DNA of 64,000 nt, taken from positions 198,705 to 262,704 of the forward strand of contig JAPLKI010000016.1 of NCBI GenBank assembly GCA_026388155.1, read 5' to 3'. Shown here piece by piece: positions 35,465 through 43,858 of this stretch. Origin of the DNA: Elusimicrobiota bacterium (GTDB lineage Bacteria > Elusimicrobiota > Elusimicrobia > Elusimicrobiales > UBA9959). Below the pieces are notes generated by a model. The model did no database searches, had not been told where the DNA came from, and saw only the letters and a program-made list of their open reading frames with translations. The translations under genes were made by a program, and so were the position numbers. The stretch's first letter is position 1; each line of letters opens with the position of its first letter.

Positions 35465-35501
35465 AAGGCTGAAGATAAAAAATATAACCCGGGAAGACAA
35501 T

Positions 35502-35532
35502 AAAAAAAGGCCCCGTTAAAAGGGCCTTTTTT
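35502..35532. terminator. Bidirectional rho-independent terminator (the original carboxypeptidase terminator)
   Basis: A7-GGCCC-loop-GGGCC-T6. Confidence 0.65.
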
Positions 35533-35550
35533 ATTGCGCGCGTTACGCTT

Positions 35551-35702
35551 TAGTTGAGCAGCTTATACGGGTTGTCGGTCACGCTTAGCATGTAGAGCGC
35601 GGCTTTGATGTTGGCGGAAACAGCGTGGTCTATTATCGCGACTCCCGGATAGAAGCCGTTACCTTCAAGCTCGGTGGTGAAGGCGAATATTCCCGCCGCG
35701 GC
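35551..35702 (-). pseudogene. Orphan 3' fragment (about 50 codons plus stop) of the M14 carboxypeptidase gene
   Basis: 152 bp nearly identical to 40411-40562, with 2 mismatches in the 145-bp core and more at the stop-proximal edge. It keeps its own stop (…YKLLN* versus …YKLLQ*) and terminator. Confidence 0.8.
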
Positions 35703-35874
35703 CGACTAAACTCCCCTAAGCCACCCGCATTTTGCCTGGCTTTTCCCCCGCCCGGCTGGCCGCTATTTTTGATATTATACCTCTAATGACCGTTGCGGCA
35801 AAATTTTTTGTGCGATTTTAGCGGCTCAACCTGTTCTGCTGAATTGTGCTCCGCACCCACTATAATCTTGCAGT

Positions 35875-36318
35875 ATGTTTCCTACATTTTCCAAAAAGGT
35901 GGCAGCGAGCGATATGAAGAACTGTCCAAAATGCGGAGCTATCAATGCGGATAATACTGAAAAGTGTCCCAATTGCGATGCGGAGAAAGCGGGAACCTCT
36001 GTCGCAGCAGTCCCGGTGAACGATTTTGCAGCAAGCCGGTGGAAAGCGGTACTCTTATCCGTGTTCTGGTGCGGCGGAGGGCAATTTTATAAAAGGGAAT
36101 GGCTCAAGGGGGGCCTTATGTTCCCTGTTAACCTGCTTTTTTATCCCATGACCCTTTTCGCCCTCATGTCCATAGGTGACTACGAGCACCCCGGTGCCGC
36201 GGCCAAGATACTTCCCATCTACATCAAGGTTCTTTGTGTAACCGCTCCGGTCTGGGTTTGGGGGCTGGTTGATTCTTACAGGTGCCCGGCATCTTCAACC
36301 GGCGATAAAGGGCGCTGA
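35875..36318 (+). CDS. Zinc-ribbon / TM2-like membrane protein
   Basis: CPKCG...CPNC zinc ribbon followed by a WCGGGQFY TM2-like segment. Confidence 0.5.
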   Translation: MFPTFSKKVAASDMKNCPKCGAINADNTEKCPNCDAEKAGTSVAAVPVNDFAASRWKAVLLSVFWCGGGQFYKREWLKGGLMFPVNLLFYPMTLFALMSIGDYEHPGAAAKILPIYIKVLCVTAPVWVWGLVDSYRCPASSTGDKGR

Positions 36319-36390
36319 GAGGAATTCGGAACGAATTTTCAAAAGAAAAGGCAGCGGGAGCTTTTTTAATCCTATTCAGCCAGCTCAGCG

Positions 36391-37320
36391 TTATTCTTTT
36401 ACTCCGAACCCCACGTTTAACGTGACTTTATGCATAACCTCGCCAAGGTTGCCCGCGGGCTGAAAAGCGTAATCCAAACCTACGCCGCCGAAGTTAAATC
36501 CTGCGCCCGCAGTAAAACTCGTTTCTTTTTCGGCGCCGCCCGCGCGTTTCATCCCGCCGCGTAAAGACAGACCCGCCACATTGTATTCCACGCCCGCGCC
36601 GAGGTTAACATCAGCATCCGCCGGTTTTTGCGCTTCAACTCCTATTATCGCGTTGTTCTTGCCCAGATCCAGCCTGTATCCCGCACCGGCGCGTATTACG
36701 CGCAGCAGCGGATCCCCCACGGTTTTATATTTCAGCTCGCCGGTTATGTTCTGCACACCCGCGCCAAGCGTAAATCTGTCGCTTATTTTAAACATTATTC
36801 CGGCGTCAAAGGTAAGAGCGTCGGCGGTGTATTTCTCCGCAAGCTTGCTTGTGACGGATTTTACCTGGCCGCCGATAAAAAGCCAATCTGCAGCATGCAG
36901 TCCTAAACCCGCCGAAAGCGCGCTGTCGGATTCAAATTTCACATTGCCGGTCTGCGTTCCGTTCGTATCATATACCTTATCGCTCCCGCTGGCATATCCC
37001 AGATATCCGAAGCCCAGCGCTCCCAGCCCGCCCAGTTTCAGCGCCGCATATCCGAAGCTGTAAGTTCCTACTGCGGCAACGTCTTTCCAAGCGGATGCGG
37101 CCAAGCGTACATTGCCTGTCATGTTGCCCAGCAAGGCGGGGTTGATATACATCGCGCCAGGGTCATTTGCCGCCAGCAGGGACACTCCTCCAAGCGCGGA
37201 AACGCGCGCCGATGGTTCATCGGTAAGAAAAAGCCCGGACTGAGCGTCCGCCCCTCCGGCAAAAGACAAAACGGGGAACACTATCGCGAGAAGCAGTAAA
37301 AGAGTTGATTTTCTTTTCAT
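36391..37320 (-). CDS. PorV/PorQ-like outer-membrane beta-barrel protein
   Basis: Signal peptide, then ARVSALGGVSLLAANDPGAMYINPALLG, the motif typical of the PorV/PorQ family. The start lies 1 nt from the Kelch gene stop. Confidence 0.55.
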   Translation of the reverse strand: MKRKSTLLLLLAIVFPVLSFAGGADAQSGLFLTDEPSARVSALGGVSLLAANDPGAMYINPALLGNMTGNVRLAASAWKDVAAVGTYSFGYAALKLGGLGALGFGYLGYASGSDKVYDTNGTQTGNVKFESDSALSAGLGLHAADWLFIGGQVKSVTSKLAEKYTADALTFDAGIMFKISDRFTLGAGVQNITGELKYKTVGDPLLRVIRAGAGYRLDLGKNNAIIGVEAQKPADADVNLGAGVEYNVAGLSLRGGMKRAGGAEKETSFTAGAGFNFGGVGLDYAFQPAGNLGEVMHKVTLNVGFGVKE

Positions 37321-37321
37321 A

Positions 37322-40204
37322 TTATTTCACCACCATTACGCGCTTGGTTTTGCTGATTCCCGGTCCTTCCACACGCACCAGGTATATGCCGCTGCCCACG
37401 ATTTTACCTTCTTCGTTCTTGCCGTTCCACTGGTCCGAGTAATCGCCGGTGTTCCGGCTGCCCTCGAACAAGGTGCGCACTAAACGCCCCTTCAGGTCAT
37501 AAACCTTCACCGAAACCCTGCCCGAAGCCGACAACTGGGTGTCCACATAGGTCTTACCGCCGCTTGCGGGATCAAAAAGATTATTGCGGACCTGCACCTG
37601 CGGCGAATCCCTCATAGCATCGGATATAACGGTAAAGCCGTCGGTCAATTGGACCGGCGATTGCCCGGGGATGGTGACAACCACACTCCATTTTCCTGCG
37701 GCAGCGCCTGTCAGATTGAAAGTGCATGTGATTTGATTCGCGCTTACGACAGTGACGTTTGAGGCATTTATGTCTGTTTGCCCTGACTTCGTTATTTTCA
37801 CCGTTGCCCCGCTGGCAAAGCCGGTTCCCGCAACCGTTATACCGCTTGCGTTGTTGAATCCGGAATTTGGCGTTATTGATGTAATAGTCGCTCCCACCAG
37901 GGTAGCAGTGGAACCAAGTGCCGTGTACGCCGTTATTATTCCATCGCCGTTTATGGCCGCTACGCGGGCGTAATAGACAGTATTATCCGATAGGCCCGGT
38001 AAAACCGCGCTAAAATTATAGGTGTCGGAAGACGCCGCCACCGTGCCAAAGGCTGAATCAACAGACGCCTGCGCCCGGTATAAGGTTGTACCGGAGGGAT
38101 TACCGTTTTGAGTCCAGTTAACCGTGACGGAGTTCGGGTTGGCGCCTGTAAAAGCCGGAATTGCGGCAATCGGGACGGCTGCCAGCGTATAGGTAGAAAC
38201 CGTCGGGCTTTCGGCTGTTTCCACACCGCTTGAATCGCGGGCCTTGGCTGTGAAGCTGTACTGCGTATTGGGCGTCAGCGCGGTAAACGACGCCGTCACG
38301 CCGGGGTCGTATTCTTCGTTGGTGTTCCAACCACTCCCATCATCCCCCCCCACGGCATACAGCTTGCCGCCAATTACCCCGGCAGACAAACTATAACGAA
38401 CCGTGGGCATTACTGCTTTTGTACTCCATGTATTACTTGCAGGGTCATACTCCTCGTTGGTATTCAAATTGCTCACATCATTCCATCCCCCCACAGCATA
38501 CAGCTTGCCGCCTATGACTCCCGCTGACAAACAAACACGGGCCGTGGGCATTATTGCTTTTGTCGCCCAGGTATTGGCCGCGGGGTCATACTCTTCGTTG
38601 GTATCCAACCGACTTCCATTATTTCCACCCACGACATAAAGCTTGCCGTAGATTACTCCGGCAGACATTCCGTCACGGGCCGTGGGCATTGCAGCTTTTG
38701 TCGCCCACGTATTTGCCACGGAGTCAAACTCCTCGTTGGTGTTCAACCAACTCCCATTACCACCCCCTACGGCATACAGCTTGCCGCCGATTACTCCGGT
38801 AACACATGCGCTACGGCCCGTGGGCATTACCGTTTTTGTCTCCCAGGTATTGGCCGCGGGATCATACTCCTCGTTGGTATTCAAGTCACTACCATTAGTT
38901 CCCCCCATAGCATACAGCTTGCCGCCGATTACTCCGACAGACAAATTATAACGGGCTGTGGGCATTGCCGCTTTTGTCGCCCACATATTCGCCACGGGGT
39001 CAAACTCCTCGTTGGTGTTCACATAACTCCCATTCCAGCCCCCCACAGCATACAGCTTACCACCTATTACTCCCGCCGATAAAGCATCCTGGGCCGTGAG
39101 CATTCCCGCTTTTGTGGTCCATTTATTTCCATTTCGCCAGGTTGAATACGTTCCATCTTTTGCCACGTTTACGCCGGCTGAGCCTGTCTCAAGTCCGGTA
39201 AACGCAGGCGTGGCGGCGTAGCCTGAAGCGGTTATTGAATTACTTGAGACTTCGTCGAATACAACGCTCGTCGGCGTTTCAATTCCGGAAGTTGCTGGAT
39301 TGTACACGTTAAGAGTGGTTGTGGATCCTGCGGTAACGTATAGCTTGTTATCGATAACACCCGAAGAAAAAGAATTGTTCGCCACGGGCATTGACTCCCC
39401 CAAACTCCACGAGTCGGTGGACGGATCGTAGATTTGAACTATGTCAGTTTTTCCGGTGCCTGTAACGCCGCCGAGCAGATATATCTTGTTGTTAATCACT
39501 TCAGCCCTCGAGTCTTTCACGGGTGTTGGCAATGACGCCATACTGGTCCATGTGTCGGAGGCGGGATTATACGCTTCAACACTGCCCATAATGCTGCCGG
39601 AGATTTCCCATCCCCCGAAAGCATAAAATTTACCGTTATAGACCGCCATCGCGGCATCGGAGTGGTAGTTTACTGGCTGTGTTTTTTCAGTCCAGGCGTT
39701 TGTGTCAGGGTCATATACATAAAAATATTTATCCAGACCGCTATAACCATCAGCCGTATCAAGCACGTAGAATTTGCGGTCTATCACACCGCCCTGGTTA
39801 GAGCCGTTGAGGATGGGCATACTGGCGCCGGTGGTCCAGGTGTTTGAGGCTGGGTCGTAAATCTTCAGCAAATCATTAGGGATTGATGAAGACCAGCCAC
39901 CGACGATGTAAAGTTTATTGTCAATTATTCCGGCCGCGCCCAAATATTCAGGATAGTTCATGGCGGCTTTTGTGCTCCAGGTATCGGTGTTCGGGTTATA
40001 CGCATCAACCTCGGTTATTAGACCGGATGGTCCGCTGGTGGTCCCGCCGGCCACATATAAAACACCGTTAATAACACCTGATTGACAGTCTGATCTTGGA
40101 GTCGGCAAAGGCGCCTTTGTTGACCAGCCCGCATAACCGCTTTGGGCAGCCAGAAAGAAAAACATGCCAAAGGCCGCACAAACCTTAAAGTGTTTGGTTT
40201 TCAT
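37322..40204 (-). CDS. Secreted Kelch-repeat (double beta-propeller) protein with FN3/Ig-like domains and a FlgD-Ig/T9SS-type C-terminal domain
   Basis: About 12 Kelch blades (GGKLYAVGG...NTNEEYDP). The six in the second propeller are near-identical, with ~144-bp DNA periodicity over 38330-39130. C-terminal ...VKVYDLKGRLVRTL...GIYLVRVEG... sorting-domain-like sequence. Confidence 0.75.
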   Translation of the reverse strand: MKTKHFKVCAAFGMFFFLAAQSGYAGWSTKAPLPTPRSDCQSGVINGVLYVAGGTTSGPSGLITEVDAYNPNTDTWSTKAAMNYPEYLGAAGIIDNKLYIVGGWSSSIPNDLLKIYDPASNTWTTGASMPILNGSNQGGVIDRKFYVLDTADGYSGLDKYFYVYDPDTNAWTEKTQPVNYHSDAAMAVYNGKFYAFGGWEISGSIMGSVEAYNPASDTWTSMASLPTPVKDSRAEVINNKIYLLGGVTGTGKTDIVQIYDPSTDSWSLGESMPVANNSFSSGVIDNKLYVTAGSTTTLNVYNPATSGIETPTSVVFDEVSSNSITASGYAATPAFTGLETGSAGVNVAKDGTYSTWRNGNKWTTKAGMLTAQDALSAGVIGGKLYAVGGWNGSYVNTNEEFDPVANMWATKAAMPTARYNLSVGVIGGKLYAMGGTNGSDLNTNEEYDPAANTWETKTVMPTGRSACVTGVIGGKLYAVGGGNGSWLNTNEEFDSVANTWATKAAMPTARDGMSAGVIYGKLYVVGGNNGSRLDTNEEYDPAANTWATKAIMPTARVCLSAGVIGGKLYAVGGWNDVSNLNTNEEYDPASNTWSTKAVMPTVRYSLSAGVIGGKLYAVGGDDGSGWNTNEEYDPGVTASFTALTPNTQYSFTAKARDSSGVETAESPTVSTYTLAAVPIAAIPAFTGANPNSVTVNWTQNGNPSGTTLYRAQASVDSAFGTVAASSDTYNFSAVLPGLSDNTVYYARVAAINGDGIITAYTALGSTATLVGATITSITPNSGFNNASGITVAGTGFASGATVKITKSGQTDINASNVTVVSANQITCTFNLTGAAAGKWSVVVTIPGQSPVQLTDGFTVISDAMRDSPQVQVRNNLFDPASGGKTYVDTQLSASGRVSVKVYDLKGRLVRTLFEGSRNTGDYSDQWNGKNEEGKIVGSGIYLVRVEGPGISKTKRVMVVK

Positions 40205-40409
40205 TAGTGATTTCCCCCCACTAAACATCCATTTTTATGCTTTGGTGTTAAGCATTATGGAATTACCGTAAACCGTATCACTTAATATATTATTATGTCA
40301 AGACGATTTTAATCACAGGTTATGTTTGCAAGAATTAATGGTGTAAATCTTTGCCACCGGGAAACGGAAATACAGGCAAGTCCGGCGGACAGGCAGGAAT
40401 GATAATTTT

Positions 40410-41735
40410 TTATTGCAGCAGCTTATACGGGTTGTCGGTCACGCTTAGCATGTAGAGCGCGGCTTTGATGTTGGCGGAAACAGCGTGGTCTATTATCGCG
40501 ACTCCCGGATAGAAGCCGTTGCCTTCCAGCTCGGTGGTGAAGGCGAATATTCCCGCCGCGGCGTATGCCCAGTCGCAGGTGTCGCCGGTGGCCACATACA
40601 GATCGCTGGCCTGCTCGGGCTTGTAACCGGTAAAACCGGCCATAGCCGCGCCCATCTTCTCAAAAACCTGCCTGTCCCTGGCGTTTTCCACAGGCACAGC
40701 TTTGCCCCCCCAGGGGTAAAGCAAAAGGCTGGAATAGGAGTGGTAACTCATCAGGGTTTTAAGATTCCCTCGGGCTTCCGCGAATTTTTTTACGGCCTGC
40801 GTTTCCGGCTCGGAAAAGGCCGATGGGCCGCAATAAGTTTCAGCCGACGGGGAATGCGAGGCGCCGCCCTTACACCAAAGCGCGTCGTAGTTGCGGTTCA
40901 GGTCCACGCCGATGGATTTATCCGGGTTGACGCGCGTGTTTTTGCGCTGCCAGCGGTATTTGCCGGCGGCTATATCATACTCCACCCCGTCGCCGTTAAG
41001 CATGGGAACAATGTATATGTCCAAAGCGGACAGATAGCTTTTAATATCGGCGTCGTTCCTGTGTTCAAGCAAATAGGCAGCGAACAATAAAGGAACCTCG
41101 TTGGAAAGATGCTCGCGGGCGTGATGGTTGCCTATGTAAAAAGCGCCGGGCTTTGAGCTTGCGGCGTCGCCTTTGGCAGAAGTGTTAAGGCGCAGACACC
41201 ATATGTCGCGGCCTTCCACGGTTTTGCCGATGGAAAAAAGTGAAGCGATATCCTGGTTGGCGGCGGCCAGCTGTTTGAGCACATCTGCCGTTTCTTTGTA
41301 GTTATGGTAAGCGGAGTCGGCGGCGGGAAAATCTTTAAGGTATTGTCTGGCATAGTCGTATATGCTTTGCCTGCTCAGGACCACATAACCCTTTTCTGAA
41401 AGTGTGTCCAGCCCCTGTTTATGAATAAAACCTGAAACAGTTTTGTCATTGACTTCCGCTATATCCAGGCCGATTTCAAGAAGCGCGGTGCGCGCGTATT
41501 TATCGGAGGCCGAAACGGTCACCCAGAACCTGTCGTCGTTTTTAAGGTCTTCCAGGGCGGCCATTTCAACCCCGGGTTCCGGCAGGCTGATGTCTTTTAA
41601 TATCCCGCCTGTAAGCCGGTTCAGAAGCTGTTCAAAGGAGACATTCACCGCCTTCTCCGGAGACCTGTCCCCGGCGGCCATTAATGTTCCGGCCCAGAAT
41701 ACCGGAAGAATAATATAAATTGACAATTTTTTCAT
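40410..41735 (-). CDS. Secreted M14 family zinc carboxypeptidase
   Basis: GNHHAREHLS (HxxE zinc ligands) and SYHSYSSLLLYPWG, with a signal peptide. Confidence 0.85.
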   Translation of the reverse strand: MKKLSIYIILPVFWAGTLMAAGDRSPEKAVNVSFEQLLNRLTGGILKDISLPEPGVEMAALEDLKNDDRFWVTVSASDKYARTALLEIGLDIAEVNDKTVSGFIHKQGLDTLSEKGYVVLSRQSIYDYARQYLKDFPAADSAYHNYKETADVLKQLAAANQDIASLFSIGKTVEGRDIWCLRLNTSAKGDAASSKPGAFYIGNHHAREHLSNEVPLLFAAYLLEHRNDADIKSYLSALDIYIVPMLNGDGVEYDIAAGKYRWQRKNTRVNPDKSIGVDLNRNYDALWCKGGASHSPSAETYCGPSAFSEPETQAVKKFAEARGNLKTLMSYHSYSSLLLYPWGGKAVPVENARDRQVFEKMGAAMAGFTGYKPEQASDLYVATGDTCDWAYAAAGIFAFTTELEGNGFYPGVAIIDHAVSANIKAALYMLSVTDNPYKLLQ

Positions 41736-41745
41736 TGGTCAAAGT

Positions 41746-42507
41746 CTATTGTATCGCGTCAAGGGCGTTGTTTTGCTGCTCCTTAAGCAGCTTTTCGTTT
41801 TGCTTCGCTTCCTCTTCTTTCCTTTGCGCTAAGGCATGCGTGGAATCGTTTTTGAATTCCCCGAAAATATCCGCGCTCAGGTATGTGATCTCATAATTGA
41901 TTTCCGGCTCCGGACCGGGAAACAGCTTTTCCGTGCCCAGAACAATTATGGTTTTCTTTTTCTCCCATATCTCCAGGTTATAAGAGCCGGTCACCTTGTT
42001 GTCAGCGGGGTCGGTGTCCTGAAACGAGAGATTGCGCGAGCTGCCGCCGTGGATGGATACTATTTTTTGTTTATAGTCAGAGACCGGCAGGATTTTATCA
42101 AGGCCGCCCGTGTAGGCGAAAAAACGGTCTTTATAAAAGCCGAATACCGCTTCCTGCCGCGCGCTGTAAAACCATTCCAGATCGTCGCCCAGCAGATCGT
42201 CGGGATCGGTTTCGGAAACGCCTATTAAGCGCAGTATTTCCCAGGGCAGATCTGTGATGGAATTGTGCGGTTCGGAGCGCGAAAAATCAATATTCAGGCT
42301 GGCTTTGACTTCATCTTTTGAAATTCCCCAGGCGGCCTGTTTATAGCCGCTCAATTCCGTCCCGGAAGCCGGGGCGCTTTTAACCGGCTGCGCGGCGTCT
42401 TTCACGGCCCCGGCGGCGGAGCGCGTTGAAACCGTCTGGGCGTGAGATATATACGGAAAGACACTAAGCAACAGCAAAATTAACACCGAATTAGATAGTT
42501 TAAGCAT
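41746..42507 (-). CDS. Secreted hypothetical protein
   Basis: ATG at 42507 after GGAGGC gives MLKLSNSVLILLLLSVFPYISHA, a signal peptide. Confidence 0.5.
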   Translation of the reverse strand: MLKLSNSVLILLLLSVFPYISHAQTVSTRSAAGAVKDAAQPVKSAPASGTELSGYKQAAWGISKDEVKASLNIDFSRSEPHNSITDLPWEILRLIGVSETDPDDLLGDDLEWFYSARQEAVFGFYKDRFFAYTGGLDKILPVSDYKQKIVSIHGGSSRNLSFQDTDPADNKVTGSYNLEIWEKKKTIIVLGTEKLFPGPEPEINYEITYLSADIFGEFKNDSTHALAQRKEEEAKQNEKLLKEQQNNALDAIQ

Positions 42508-42745
42508 ACCGCCTCCGAATCCCGGTTCAATATTGTTCCTGCCCGGGAAGCCGCAGGAACAAGGTAAGCGTTGTTTGAAGTCCATGTAGCGCTGACTTTT
42601 TAGATTATATATTAAATTGTCAAAAATCGTAAGGGCCTGGAACATTCCCGGAACATTAGAGCATTTTAATTCTGTTTTAATCCTATATTAATGGATTTTC
42701 CGCTATACTATCCTAAGAAGTAAACTAGTCAAGGAGAAGCTGAAA

Positions 42746-43759
42746 ATGAAAAGTTCAAAATCACTTATACTGGGTTTTGCTTTGCTGCTGCCGGCCTTTG
42801 CCTCGGCGCAGGATCAATCCCCGGCAAGTAATACTCCCGCGGCGTCGGCCACGCCTGCCGTAACCTCCGCCGCCCCGGCCACACCCGCTGCTGCCCCCGT
42901 AACAACGCCAGCTGCCAGTCCCGCTGTCGCTCCTGCGGCTCAGGCTGTCCCTGCCGCCCCGGCCACTCCCTCTGTCGCGCCCGAAACAGCGCCAGCTGCC
43001 AGTCCCGCTGTCGCCCCTGCGGCTCAGGCTGCGCCTGCCGCCCCGGCCACTCCCGCTGTAGCTCCAGTAACGCCGGCTGTCCCTGTTGCCCCGGCCACGC
43101 CCGCTGTTGCCCCTGCGACACCGCCCGTCTCCCCCGCGACAGCCGAGATCGCCGCTAAAGTAGAGCAGGCTGTCATGGATACCGCATGCAAAGCCGATAA
43201 AGACAAGTTCTGCAAAGATGTAAAGCACGGCGGCGGCGCTACCGGCAAGTGTTTGAGAGAACATAAGGACGAACTTTCCGACCCCTGCAAGCAGTTAATG
43301 GAAGCGCGCGAAAAGAAACAGCAGGCTGAATTACAGGAAAAACAGCGGCAGGAAAAAAGGGAAGCCTGGATCGCGGCTTGCGGCGCTGATAAAGACAAGC
43401 TCTGCAAAGATGTGAAATCCGGCGTCGGCGCTACCAGCAAGTGTTTGAAGGAACATAAAGACGAACTTTCCGCCTCCTGCAAGCAATACCTTGAAGCGCG
43501 CGACAAGAAACAGCAGGCTGAATTAGAGGAAAAACAGAAACAGGAAAAAAAAGATGCCTGGAATACGGCGTGCGGCGCCGATATGGACAAGTTCTGCAAA
43601 GATGTAAAGGCCGGCCATGGCGAGAAAGCGAAATGCCTTAAAGCGCATGAAGCCGAACTTTCCCAGGTCTGTAAAGATAAACTAGCCGAAAAGAAAGAGA
43701 CAAAAGAAGAAAAAAAGGAAGAGAAAAAGGAAGAATCCAAGCCTGCGGATAAAAAATAG
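42746..43759 (+). CDS. Secreted protein with an Ala/Pro-rich linker and three cysteine-rich repeats
   Basis: Signal peptide, (A/P/T/V)-rich tandem segment, then 3x ~60-aa C-x-x-DKDKFCKDVK-x-G-x-G-x3-KCLKEHKDELS-x2-C units separated by KKQQAEL-EKQ coiled segments. Confidence 0.7.
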   Translation: MKSSKSLILGFALLLPAFASAQDQSPASNTPAASATPAVTSAAPATPAAAPVTTPAASPAVAPAAQAVPAAPATPSVAPETAPAASPAVAPAAQAAPAAPATPAVAPVTPAVPVAPATPAVAPATPPVSPATAEIAAKVEQAVMDTACKADKDKFCKDVKHGGGATGKCLREHKDELSDPCKQLMEAREKKQQAELQEKQRQEKREAWIAACGADKDKLCKDVKSGVGATSKCLKEHKDELSASCKQYLEARDKKQQAELEEKQKQEKKDAWNTACGADMDKFCKDVKAGHGEKAKCLKAHEAELSQVCKDKLAEKKETKEEKKEEKKEESKPADKK

Positions 43760-43776
43760 TAATCCCCCTGCAATAT

Positions 43777-43812
43777 AAAAGAGGCGTCCGCTTATAGCGG
43801 ACGCCTCTTTTT
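43777..43812. terminator. Bidirectional terminator
   Basis: AAGAGGCGTCCGC-TTATA-GCGGACGCCTCTT followed by a T-run, between convergent genes. Confidence 0.75.
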
Positions 43813-43858
43813 ACACCCCTGCGACTTTCGGGTTTATAATGGCAATTTTACCTGGCGG

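Noticed and set aside
35861-35877. TATAAT 8 nt upstream of the ATG at 35875, suggesting a leaderless mRNA for the zinc-ribbon gene.
   Set aside because: There is no convincing -35 and no supporting data. A single hexamer match is insufficient to call a promoter or leaderless start.
35551-40562. Possible diversity-generating retroelement, with the 152-bp repeat as a TR/VR pair at the 3' end of a gene.
   Set aside because: There are only two core mismatches and no reverse transcriptase nearby. On the coding (minus) strand the differences are not at adenines of a putative template. The orphan copy retains a stop codon and terminator, so it is better explained as a displaced gene end.
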